A stretch of 46,530 bases of DNA from a virus. A program made the translations under genes and the position numbers. The stretch is from IMG/VR virus record IMGVR_UViG_3300038701_001117, positions 1-46,530 of that record. One strand, 5' to 3'. This document shows, piece after piece, positions 37,654 to 44,599 of this stretch (its first letter is position 1; each line of letters begins with the position of its first letter). The notes beneath the pieces are model-generated. The model searched no databases. It had not been told where the DNA came from and worked only from the letters and a program-made list of their open reading frames with translations.

Positions 37654-37841
37654 TATGATAACAACTTATCTAATAAACGTTTTGTAAAGTATACCGTAAC
37701 GGCAACAAATGCGAACACTAGTATAAAACCTGGGAACACTAAGTTAAATCCTGCTAATACCGCACTAAAAGGTATTACGAATGTAAATAGAAATGCCCAT
37801 GTTACTATACCAATGATTAATAAAAATATATTCTCACTCAT
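37653..37841 (-). CDS. 62-aa two-TM membrane protein
   Basis: Track ORF 37653..37874; the internal ATG 37841 (MSENIFLLIIGIVTWAFLF...) avoids overlapping the upstream mini-ORF. Confidence 0.5.
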   Translation of the reverse strand: MSENIFLLIIGIVTWAFLFTFVIPFSAVLAGFNLVFPGFILVFAFVAVTVYFTKRLLDKLLS

Positions 37842-37953
37842 CGTCTTCTTCCTCTCCGATTGTTTTATCGACAATCATTCCAATAACAAAACCTATCATT
37901 AGACTGACTAAACATACTGCTGCTACTTGGGTAGCAAAATTAAATATCTCCAT
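37834..37953 (-). CDS. 39-aa TM mini-protein with acidic tail
   Basis: Hand-translated MEIFNFATQVAAVCLVSLMIGFVIGMIVDKTIGEEEDDE; GGAGG lies 7 nt upstream. Confidence 0.4.
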   Translation of the reverse strand: MEIFNFATQVAAVCLVSLMIGFVIGMIVDKTIGEEEDDE

Positions 37954-38197
37954 CATTTCCCTCCTCTTTAAAGGCTTGCAGAGCTTTAATATACTCTTTA
38001 TCACGTTTTTCTTGTAGCCTTTTATCTTTTTGAAGGGATTTACATTTTTCTATAACATAACACTTTTCACATTTATAATATGCATAATCAGAATGAGAAC
38101 TATATCCGTCAATTCTATCTGTAAAACCATGACATGTGAAACACTTACCTACTTTATCTGTAGTAGGTTTTGCTAATATAAAATCTATAAAACTCAT
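37940..38197 (-). CDS. Cys-rich (zinc-ribbon-like) small protein
   Basis: CFTCHG ... CEKCYVIEKC; AGGAGA-7 nt-ATG. Confidence 0.55.
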   Translation of the reverse strand: MSFIDFILAKPTTDKVGKCFTCHGFTDRIDGYSSHSDYAYYKCEKCYVIEKCKSLQKDKRLQEKRDKEYIKALQAFKEEGNDGDI

Positions 38198-38208
38198 CTT
38201 TATTTCTC

Positions 38209-38310
38209 CTATAATTCATCAAACATTTCAATAATTGAATTAATCATTAAGTATACACCTAACCCAATAATAGGTAGTATAAATGTACACATAATTAATA
38301 AGAATATCAT
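38209..38310 (-). CDS. 33-aa hydrophobic mini-protein
   Basis: Hand-translated MIFLLIMCTFILPIIGLGVYLMINSIIEMFDEL; AGGAGA-7 nt-ATG. Confidence 0.45.
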   Translation of the reverse strand: MIFLLIMCTFILPIIGLGVYLMINSIIEMFDEL

Positions 38311-38321
38311 AACTCTATCTC

Positions 38322-38555
38322 CTATATCCAAGGTACTTTATGTCTATGTTTACGAATCACCTCAATAATATATTGTAATGTGTTAGTACCAAAATAATAT
38401 AATAACTCTTTTAATATTAACACAACTAGTATAGCCTGTAAAGCTCCTGTCGTATATTTGATAGCGATAAGTGTCATAACTATTTGAATAATAGCAACAA
38501 ATACTTTAGCTAATCTATGGTCGCTCTCATATTCTTTTTTGTTACGTTTATTCAT
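38322..38555 (-). CDS. 77-aa two-TM membrane protein, first gene of the leftward operon
   Basis: Track ORF 38322..38570 (GTG); ATG 38555 is preceded by GGGAGA at 7 nt. Confidence 0.55.
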   Translation of the reverse strand: MNKRNKKEYESDHRLAKVFVAIIQIVMTLIAIKYTTGALQAILVVLILKELLYYFGTNTLQYIIEVIRKHRHKVPWI

Positions 38556-38591
38556 GGTTCTATCTCCCACTTAAATTTCTTCTCTAATATA

Positions 38592-38619
38592 ATTATAGCA
38601 TATAAATTAATTTTAACAA
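38592..38619 (-). promoter_or_regulatory. Sigma70-type promoter for the leftward (early/replication) operon
   Basis: Minus strand reads TTGTTA-16 nt-TGcTATAAT (perfect extended -10); about 30 nt upstream of ATG 38555. Confidence 0.6.
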
Positions 38620-38624
38620 AGGGG

Positions 38625-38653
38625 TTGACAAACATACTTAAAGCACATATACT
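38625..38653 (+). promoter_or_regulatory. Sigma70-type rightward promoter P1
   Basis: TTGACA (38625-30) - 17 nt - TATACT (38648-53); its -35 lies 5 bp from the -35 of the divergent leftward promoter. Confidence 0.6.
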
Positions 38654-38883
38654 ATATATGAGGGTCAAAATATCGACGGATATTGTAGTGGCTGAATAAG
38701 AAATAGGCTGTAGAGCGGTATCTAAGGCATTCTACTGGTTATAGCGACTCTTCCTATAGGTGGCATAAAGTATTACTGAAATACCTGTAGGGAACCTGAG
38801 ATAGCTTCTCAGGAGTAGAAGTTCCCGAATAAGCTTAAAGACAACTGGTCTTCTAGGGATATAGGTGGAAATCCTATCTACAC

Positions 38884-38912
38884 TTGACTCTCACCTAATT
38901 TTATGTTAAGAT
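38884..38912 (+). promoter_or_regulatory. Sigma70-type rightward promoter P2
   Basis: TTGACT (38884-89) - 17 nt - TAAGAT (38907-12), with TGt extended -10. Confidence 0.45.
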
Positions 38913-39304
38913 TTCTATAGGTCTGACACACCTTAAGTTAATTAAGTCTGCTAAGTGCTTGATTGTCATAAAAGCTTAGTGTTAGTAAGGCTCTTTAAGA
39001 GGCGGAGTAGTAAAATAGTAATACTACTATACTAGGAATATAGGTATATTTATTTATATTTTATACTTATTATCACTGTAATAGGATTATTACTAACCAG
39101 AATAAACCGTATCTGGTACTTAAACAGGTTTTATGGGATGCTCAGTTCGCTGTTTGCGAACACAGAACACTTTAATTGGAGTCAATAGGAATGACTTGCC
39201 TGATAAACTTACTAACTTATAACGGATAGGTTTTAAACCTGACACATAGACAGCATGTTAAAGAGTAGGCATCCCTGCCGCCTCTAATGAACCTATGTAA
39301 ATTT

Positions 39305-39310
39305 TATAAT
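39305..39310 (+). promoter_or_regulatory. Perfect -10 hexamer TATAAT (weak -35), candidate regulated promoter P3
   Basis: tataat at 39305-39310; no good -35 at 16-18 nt; the predicted +1 falls inside operator-like repeat R1. Confidence 0.35.
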
Positions 39311-39313
39311 TAG

Positions 39314-39333
39314 ATGTACCCGTACGGTAACAT
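39314..39333 (+). promoter_or_regulatory. Operator-like 20-bp dyad repeat R1
   Basis: ATGTACCCGTACGGTAACAT; inner CCGTACGG is a perfect palindrome; 17/20 identical to R2. Confidence 0.45.
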
Positions 39334-39363
39334 TTCCTAAGGGATAAAGGGAAATAGACATAA

Positions 39364-39383
39364 ATGTTCCCGGTCGGTAACAT
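39364..39383 (+). promoter_or_regulatory. Operator-like 20-bp dyad repeat R2
   Basis: ATGTTCCCGGTCGGTAACAT; outer ATGTT/AACAT arms are perfectly symmetric; starts exactly 50 bp after R1 and abuts the RBS of the 39400 ORF. Confidence 0.45.
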
Positions 39384-39399
39384 AAGGAATACAACAAAA

Positions 39400-39528
39400 A
39401 TGCAAGAAGAATTTGACAAACTATTTGAAACACTCTATACTTTCCTTAACAAGAAAGGGATTCTGAAGGGTAAAAGGGAATGGAAGATAATTAAACGCGG
39501 TAATAGTTATTATCTGGAGAGATTATGA
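39400..39528 (+). CDS. 42-aa hypothetical protein, first ORF of the rightward block
   Basis: Hand-translated MQEEFDKLFETLYTFLNKKGILKGKREWKIIKRGNSYYLERL; AAGGA upstream; ATGA overlap with the next ORF. Confidence 0.4.
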   Translation: MQEEFDKLFETLYTFLNKKGILKGKREWKIIKRGNSYYLERL

Positions 39529-39704
39529 ATAGTAAGAAACCAACTTTTGATACTGCTGACTTTGCTTATGCGTTAAGCAAATGGCAGATAGACAGCGATG
39601 CTAAGGAGCTATGCCGCGCTAAGAGTTTGATGGACCATTATTTTAATGCATGTATGCAAGAGTTATACAAGGATGAGTTTAAAAAGAACACACCCAGGAG
39701 ATAG
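39525..39704 (+). CDS. 59-aa hypothetical protein
   Basis: Hand-translated MNSKKPTFDTADFAYALSKWQIDSDAKELCRAKSLMDHYFNACMQELYKDEFKKNTPRR. Confidence 0.4.
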   Translation: MNSKKPTFDTADFAYALSKWQIDSDAKELCRAKSLMDHYFNACMQELYKDEFKKNTPRR

Positions 39705-39708
39705 AGAA

Positions 39709-40401
39709 GTGAGATTTACAATATTAAATATACTAGGAGTACTAGCTTTTGCAGCATTACTCTTAATAATCAGTGCAGGACCCTTTGTACCACGGGATGC
39801 AACTGCTAACAAGAAAGTTATATCTGGCGTACAAATGGCAAACAAACCGGCCTGTACTAAATTTCAGAAAGAGAAAATTGTAATTCTCCCTACTGAAATC
39901 AAGTTAGAGAAAAGAGATTTGATGTTATTCGATAGATTCTTCAGGGAATTAGATGATAAGACAATGGTAACCATTATCAATCAAGGTTATGGTGGTCGTG
40001 CAGACCAAGCGGGTCGCATTATTTCCGCTATACAAGACAGTAAGGCCTGCGTTAAAATAAAGACTGTAGGGAATGTATACTCTGCTCATGCTTATATTGC
40101 ATTGTCAGGTGACATCTTAGAGATTGATCCAGATGTAACATTAATGTATCATCGAGGTAGTTTCTACAATATGACAGATGAAGTATGTGCTGACGAGAGA
40201 GGCAAAGTAGACAGAGGGTTAAGTGGATATGATAAATGTATTCAGTTCCTGGAAGAATACAATAAACATGAATTACGTTTTATGAAGAGAACGATAGCCC
40301 CATTCTTAACTGAAGATGAGTTCAATAAAGTTCTGAACGGTGAAGATATCTATGTGTTTGGAGATGTCATGATGAAGAGGTTATTAAATGCCAAAAATTA
40401 A
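39709..40401 (+). CDS. Membrane-anchored ClpP/S49-like protein, paralog B
   Basis: Track ORF 39646..40401; in-frame GTG 39709 follows GGAGA by 7 nt. N-terminal TM FTILNILGVLAFAALLLIISAG; NQGYGGRADQAG...VYSAHAYIALSGD...LMYHRGS...PFLTEDE...DIYV shared with 34977..35570. Confidence 0.5.
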   Translation: MRFTILNILGVLAFAALLLIISAGPFVPRDATANKKVISGVQMANKPACTKFQKEKIVILPTEIKLEKRDLMLFDRFFRELDDKTMVTIINQGYGGRADQAGRIISAIQDSKACVKIKTVGNVYSAHAYIALSGDILEIDPDVTLMYHRGSFYNMTDEVCADERGKVDRGLSGYDKCIQFLEEYNKHELRFMKRTIAPFLTEDEFNKVLNGEDIYVFGDVMMKRLLNAKN

Positions 40402-40672
40402 TATAAACAAGCTAGATTTATTTCTACTACTCGGCTCAGCAATGCGATATTGTATGGGCCGACAGTCTTATATAGTAGGTAGTTGTGGAGAATGGTTACA
40501 GCAGCTCGCACCTCATTTAGCTAGAGAAGATATTTCTAAGCTAGCAGATGAAATAAATATGAACATTAAAGTAGCAGAGAGAAAGGGTGAGTTTCTTGGT
40601 ATGGAGATGGACCATAAAGAATGGGTAAAAACAAGAGATATGTTATATAAACTAATAGGTGAAAAAGAATGA
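40388..40672 (+). CDS. Hypothetical protein
   Basis: 94-aa ORF; the AMRYCMGRQSYIV motif recurs in uncharacterised phage proteins, as I recall. Confidence 0.5.
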   Translation: MPKININKLDLFLLLGSAMRYCMGRQSYIVGSCGEWLQQLAPHLAREDISKLADEINMNIKVAERKGEFLGMEMDHKEWVKTRDMLYKLIGEKE

Positions 40673-41181
40673 ACGAATTAAAAAATATATTATTTGATAA
40701 TAGCAGTCCACATTTTACATGTGAAATAGAGATAACACCAGATGAGATCCAAGAAAAACTAGAGTTTGAGGAAGAGCTATTTGACGGTTTATATCCGTTT
40801 AACGGTGATACTGCAAGTGAACCATTAGGCCTTTTCTATCAACATATTATGGAAGAAGCTAACAAACCGATTGGGTCCGTGTCGAATGTTTTCTTAAGCC
40901 CTAGAGACTATGCGTTAATTAGTAAACTATCAATGAAATGGGTAGAACATAATATAAACGAGCGGGCAGGATATGTAGATTTGGATACAGGAGAATGGGC
41001 TGAGGTATTTGATATTAATACACGACGTCATTATAATGCCTGGGCTATGTATAATTTAGATAGAATGCCAAATTACTCATCACAGGTACCTAATAATATG
41101 GTATATATAAGGAAAGATAAGAATGAGCAGATCAAGGAGAAAAACACCAATATGTTCATGGACGGTAGTGGACTCGGATAA
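40669..41181 (+). CDS. Hypothetical acidic protein
   Basis: 170-aa ORF with ATGA coupling. Confidence 0.5.
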   Translation: MNELKNILFDNSSPHFTCEIEITPDEIQEKLEFEEELFDGLYPFNGDTASEPLGLFYQHIMEEANKPIGSVSNVFLSPRDYALISKLSMKWVEHNINERAGYVDLDTGEWAEVFDINTRRHYNAWAMYNLDRMPNYSSQVPNNMVYIRKDKNEQIKEKNTNMFMDGSGLG

Positions 41182-41452
41182 ACCGTTTAAAGTCTATGAG
41201 CATAGAAGAGAGAGAAGGTCTATTACGAATATATTAAGACCACACCTAGCAGAAGAGTTATGGGAAAGAGCCCCACATAGAAAGAAATTTGGAAATGTCT
41301 GGGCGTCATGTAAGGATGGTAAAGGATATTTCGGAGATGTAAAATACAGAGATTGTCCCTATGTATCAAAATCGTTTGGCGTATGGCTAACGATGTGCGA
41401 TGAACAAGGACATTACTGTAGTAAATATTATGATAAACTAATGAGGAAATAA
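41123..41452 (+). CDS. Hypothetical basic, Cys-containing protein
   Basis: MSRSRRKTP... N-terminus; AGGAAA upstream; overlaps the previous ORF by 59 nt. Confidence 0.45.
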   Translation: MSRSRRKTPICSWTVVDSDKPFKVYEHRRERRSITNILRPHLAEELWERAPHRKKFGNVWASCKDGKGYFGDVKYRDCPYVSKSFGVWLTMCDEQGHYCSKYYDKLMRK

Positions 41453-41456
41453 ACCA

Positions 41457-41642
41457 ATGAAAGAAGCAATATTTAATTTAATATTAATGTTAATCGCACC
41501 AGTCATGAAAATGTTGGCAGCTAAGATACCTGATAAAGTATTAGCTGTAATGGATGATGTCAATCCGATTATCGATGAAGTTCAAAAAGAACTCAAAGCG
41601 GAAGCTGATAAACGTGATATTGACAAGAATAAGAAGAAATAA
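41457..41642 (+). CDS. Small protein with hydrophobic N-terminus
   Basis: IFNLILMLIAPVMKMLAA followed by a charged tail. Confidence 0.45.
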   Translation: MKEAIFNLILMLIAPVMKMLAAKIPDKVLAVMDDVNPIIDEVQKELKAEADKRDIDKNKKK

Positions 41643-41644
41643 TC

Positions 41645-42064
41645 ATGGCTTGGTTGAGTTACATAGGAGTAGGCTTAGCAGTCCTTAAGGATGTAGTTCT
41701 AAATGCTCTAAAACATAGAGCTACCCTTAAGGAACTAGAGAAGAAGGCTCAAATAGAGGCTGCCAAAACTAAGACTGAACTCCTGAAAGCAGACAAGGTA
41801 CAGGACACGGCGTTTATTAATTCGTCGTTGTCTCCTACCTTAGGGGATAAAGTAGTCCGTAGAGGACTCTTAATCGCAGTATTCATGCCGTTTCTCATGT
41901 GTATGGTTGACCTATTTGGATATCCTCAATATGGGTCTGAAATAGTAAATAAATACTTTACTACAATAACTTCAGTTTTACCTGTAGAGTATATTATATT
42001 TGTCACCAGCATGGTTAGTGGATACTTTGGTATAGTTAAAGTACGGGAGTTTTTTAAGAAATGA
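41645..42064 (+). CDS. Membrane protein, holin candidate (3 hydrophobic segments + coiled coil)
   Basis: WLSYIGVGLAVL, GLLIAVFMPFLMCMVDLF, YIIFVTSMVSGYFGIV; the architecture resembles 3-TM holins. Confidence 0.35.
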   Translation: MAWLSYIGVGLAVLKDVVLNALKHRATLKELEKKAQIEAAKTKTELLKADKVQDTAFINSSLSPTLGDKVVRRGLLIAVFMPFLMCMVDLFGYPQYGSEIVNKYFTTITSVLPVEYIIFVTSMVSGYFGIVKVREFFKK

Positions 42065-42240
42065 ACATGTTTGACATAGATCCAGAACAAGTTATTGAGG
42101 AACTAGAGAAGTTATTCGAAAATCTCGAAGACGTGAAAAAGCATGTCAATGAGATTATTCATATCCAAGGTAACGATATTATAGCTAGACGTACGAAAGA
42201 GCATGCAGAAGAGATTAAAAAATTCTTGGACCGGTTATAG
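42061..42240 (+). CDS. 59-aa hypothetical helical protein
   Basis: Hand-translated MNMFDIDPEQVIEELEKLFENLEDVKKHVNEIIHIQGNDIIARRTKEHAEEIKKFLDRL; ATGA overlap. Confidence 0.4.
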   Translation: MNMFDIDPEQVIEELEKLFENLEDVKKHVNEIIHIQGNDIIARRTKEHAEEIKKFLDRL

Positions 42241-42242
42241 TC

Positions 42243-42857
42243 ATGAGGTACGTTAAAGGTACTATAGTATTGGTACATGGTATTAACTGGTTAAAAGGGA
42301 CTCATAATACTGTGGACACATTTCAAAAGTTCTTTGAGAAGTCTGGATACCAAGTAGAACAGTTCAAATATGATTTTAATAAAGACTGGCATAAAGGCAA
42401 TTACAGACGCGCTAAGAGATTATTTGAAAAATATACTGACACACCCTTACTCACAGTGATATCGTTCAGTAACGGCTGTGTATTAGCCGCTGAAGCCGCA
42501 TCTATGGGTTTAGAGATAGATAATTTGATAATGTTTGGTTCAGCTTTAGATAGAGACTATATATTTGCACCAACAATAAAAAGAGTCTATAATATATATA
42601 ACCCTAAAGATTGGATACTGAAATTAGATAGATTATTCCCTGATTCATTATACGGTACTTTGGGTAAAGACGGACTTGGTTCTATCTGGCCTCAAAATGA
42701 GGCGATCATGCAGCTAAATGCTGATAAAATACATAAAGTAAGGAGTAGATTCTATGTTCACGGTGATTACTTCAAAGAAAGAAACAGAGAAATCTGGGAA
42801 GGTAATATACTTAGGTGGATCGAAACTGGACCGTTTGAAGAAGTATTTGACAGATAA
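42243..42857 (+). CDS. Alpha/beta-hydrolase-fold protein (putative esterase/lipase)
   Basis: IVLVHG (oxyanion HG), nucleophile elbow ISFSNG (SxSxG), candidate acid NPKDW and His in YVHGDYF. Confidence 0.5.
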   Translation: MRYVKGTIVLVHGINWLKGTHNTVDTFQKFFEKSGYQVEQFKYDFNKDWHKGNYRRAKRLFEKYTDTPLLTVISFSNGCVLAAEAASMGLEIDNLIMFGSALDRDYIFAPTIKRVYNIYNPKDWILKLDRLFPDSLYGTLGKDGLGSIWPQNEAIMQLNADKIHKVRSRFYVHGDYFKERNREIWEGNILRWIETGPFEEVFDR

Positions 42858-43011
42858 CGATATAGAGTTCATAATTAAATCTGAAGATGGTGATATAACA
42901 TTTATGTTACTAAAGAATCTTAAAAAGAGTCAAATTGTTGATTTAAAAGAAGATTTCGATAAAGTCCATCGAAATGAAATAAGATTTAAACTAGAGGTAG
43001 ACCAGTTATGA
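42754..43011 (+). CDS. Hypothetical protein (start uncertain)
   Basis: Track ORF overlaps the hydrolase 3' end by 104 nt; the true start may be a downstream TTG. Confidence 0.35.
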   Translation: MFTVITSKKETEKSGKVIYLGGSKLDRLKKYLTDNDIEFIIKSEDGDITFMLLKNLKKSQIVDLKEDFDKVHRNEIRFKLEVDQL

Positions 43012-43199
43012 TACTACTAGATGAAGAAGATTTAACGCTTTTAAATACAGAAGGTGAAATATTACGATATATGTTTGATGTATTAGCAAGCTTAGAACTT
43101 TCTTATGCTGCTAATTATGGTGAATTATCCACTTGGGAACTAGAGAAGTTATTCGGTGTAGTACGTATTTTAGAAGGGAAACTTGAAGAGGTAGAGTAG
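43008..43199 (+). CDS. Hypothetical acidic protein
   Basis: 63 aa; ATGA overlap. Confidence 0.45.
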   Translation: MILLDEEDLTLLNTEGEILRYMFDVLASLELSYAANYGELSTWELEKLFGVVRILEGKLEEVE

Positions 43200-43201
43200 G
43201 T

Positions 43202-43456
43202 ATGGCTGACAAATATAAAATAGACGATGAGGCTATGAGTAAGCTTACAAAAGTGTCTATGAATTTAACTGAAAAAGACATAGCAAACACAGTAAAATTA
43301 AAGAATCGTCTGCATACTAGGAGTAATGCTGATACGGTTAGCGCCGCACTGTCTATTACTTCCTCTTTATCTGAGCATTTAGCAGAGGGCGAAACATTAC
43401 TTATTCGCACAAAAGATGGAAAAACAGAAAGGGTTGTTATTCCAGGTTTAAACTAG
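43202..43456 (+). CDS. Possible ribbon-helix-helix DNA-binding protein
   Basis: VSMNLTEKDIANTVKLKNRL..SNADTVSAALSI fits a beta-strand/helix/helix (CopG/Arc-like) pattern; weak. Confidence 0.3.
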   Translation: MADKYKIDDEAMSKLTKVSMNLTEKDIANTVKLKNRLHTRSNADTVSAALSITSSLSEHLAEGETLLIRTKDGKTERVVIPGLN

Positions 43457-43469
43457 AGGTAGACTAAGT

Positions 43470-43691
43470 ATGAGTATGGTAAGTAGGATCATAGAAATCA
43501 AAGATGAAGGCTTAATTGAAGAATTAGCTGCAAAATATGAAGAATATGGTGAATTGACCGGTCCGGAGACTGGTGAAGTTATTAAGATAGCATTACGAGC
43601 TATAGGACGAAAGCAACGTATTGAAGAGATATTGGAGGCTACTGGAGATGTTGATACATTGGAAAGATTTAGCGAAGCACAAAGAATTTGA
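43470..43691 (+). CDS. Hypothetical acidic protein
   Basis: 73-aa ORF. Confidence 0.45.
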   Translation: MSMVSRIIEIKDEGLIEELAAKYEEYGELTGPETGEVIKIALRAIGRKQRIEEILEATGDVDTLERFSEAQRI

Positions 43692-43827
43692 AAAACTAGC
43701 TGCTATGCGTAAGATTGATGAAAATAGAGCAAAAGTGTTAAAAGAGACATTTTTTAAACATGAGGACTATGTCTATGTTAATTTCATGGATATATTAGCT
43801 GAACATTGTGGAGAGAATGATAAATGA
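43648..43827 (+). CDS. Hypothetical protein
   Basis: Track ORF 43621..43827 (TTG); ATG 43648 lies 9 nt after GGAGG. Confidence 0.4.
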   Translation: MLIHWKDLAKHKEFEKLAAMRKIDENRAKVLKETFFKHEDYVYVNFMDILAEHCGENDK

Positions 43828-44012
43828 AAATAGATTTTAGCGGTATATACTTACCTGTTATCTCAATCCTAATCACTATATTGGGCATAGTATTTGAGAT
43901 AGGCTTCTGGAAAACCGTGATATATGCAATATTTATACCTATCAGTATACCTTTGGTGATATTTATAATTGCTTTAATATCAATGGTTTACGTGATGAGT
44001 AAGAGTAAATAG
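43824..44012 (+). CDS. 62-aa two-TM membrane protein (holin-like size and topology)
   Basis: YLPVISILITILGIVFEIGFW and IFIPISIPLVIFIIALISMVYV, with a basic C-terminus. Confidence 0.45.
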   Translation: MKIDFSGIYLPVISILITILGIVFEIGFWKTVIYAIFIPISIPLVIFIIALISMVYVMSKSK

Positions 44013-44013
44013 T

Positions 44014-44592
44014 ATGTCTGATTACTATAAGTGGGATAAAACTAATAGAGAACGCTTATATAGTCTGTTATCCAAAGGAGTATCTTACAAAGAAGCAGGT
44101 AAAAAGTTTAATATAAGTAGACAACGAGTGTTTCAGCTGGTTAGAAAATTTAAATGGAACCCAAGAGAGCTTAGTATATATGCTCGTAGAGGTTTAAAAA
44201 AGAATGATGAAAGACAGTATAATTTTAAAAAATATGGATTGATAAAAGGTAGAAAAGACGAACAATACAAAACGGATATATATACAGCCAAAAGAAAAAA
44301 GTTTAATAGAAAAAAAGCCGCAGCGGTAAGATTAGGAATTCCATTTTGTGTAAATTTTGGTGATATAGAATGGCCAGATAAATGTCCTATTTTAGATATT
44401 GAATTAAATTATTTTAATGAGGTATGGGAGGATAATAGTCCTTCATTCGACAGAATAGACCCCGATATAGGATATACAAAAGACAATACACACATAATTA
44501 GCTACAGAGCTAACAGATTAAAGAATGACGCAAGTCTTGAAGAAATAACGAAAATTTATAAATACTTGACAGATTTAGAAAAAAAGGGTTGA
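44014..44592 (+). CDS. HNH homing endonuclease with N-terminal HTH
   Basis: C-terminus CPILDIEL...SFDRIDPDIGYTKDNTHIISYRANRLKN (HNH_3-like); N-terminus VSYKEAGKKFNISRQRVFQLV (HTH). Confidence 0.75.
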   Translation: MSDYYKWDKTNRERLYSLLSKGVSYKEAGKKFNISRQRVFQLVRKFKWNPRELSIYARRGLKKNDERQYNFKKYGLIKGRKDEQYKTDIYTAKRKKFNRKKAAAVRLGIPFCVNFGDIEWPDKCPILDIELNYFNEVWEDNSPSFDRIDPDIGYTKDNTHIISYRANRLKNDASLEEITKIYKYLTDLEKKG

Positions 44593-44599
44593 CAAAAGC

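Noticed and set aside
38868-38879. 12-mer gaaatcctatct shared with 44735..44746, plus a nearby aggtgg similarity
   Set aside because: In a 46-kb AT-rich genome, dozens of 12-mer coincidences are expected by chance, and the similarity does not extend.
38690-38880. Possible tRNA or tRNA-like element among the hairpins of the non-coding region
   Set aside because: No 7-bp acceptor stem, no 5-bp stem with a 7-nt anticodon loop, and no GTTCRANYC T-loop could be assembled. The hairpins have the wrong stem and loop sizes.
43470-43827. 71-nt overlap of ORFs 43470..43691 and 43621..43827 as a programmed frameshift
   Set aside because: A fusion would need a +1 shift and no slippery heptamer is evident. 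An internal ATG (43648) with a GGAGG RBS explains the second ORF.
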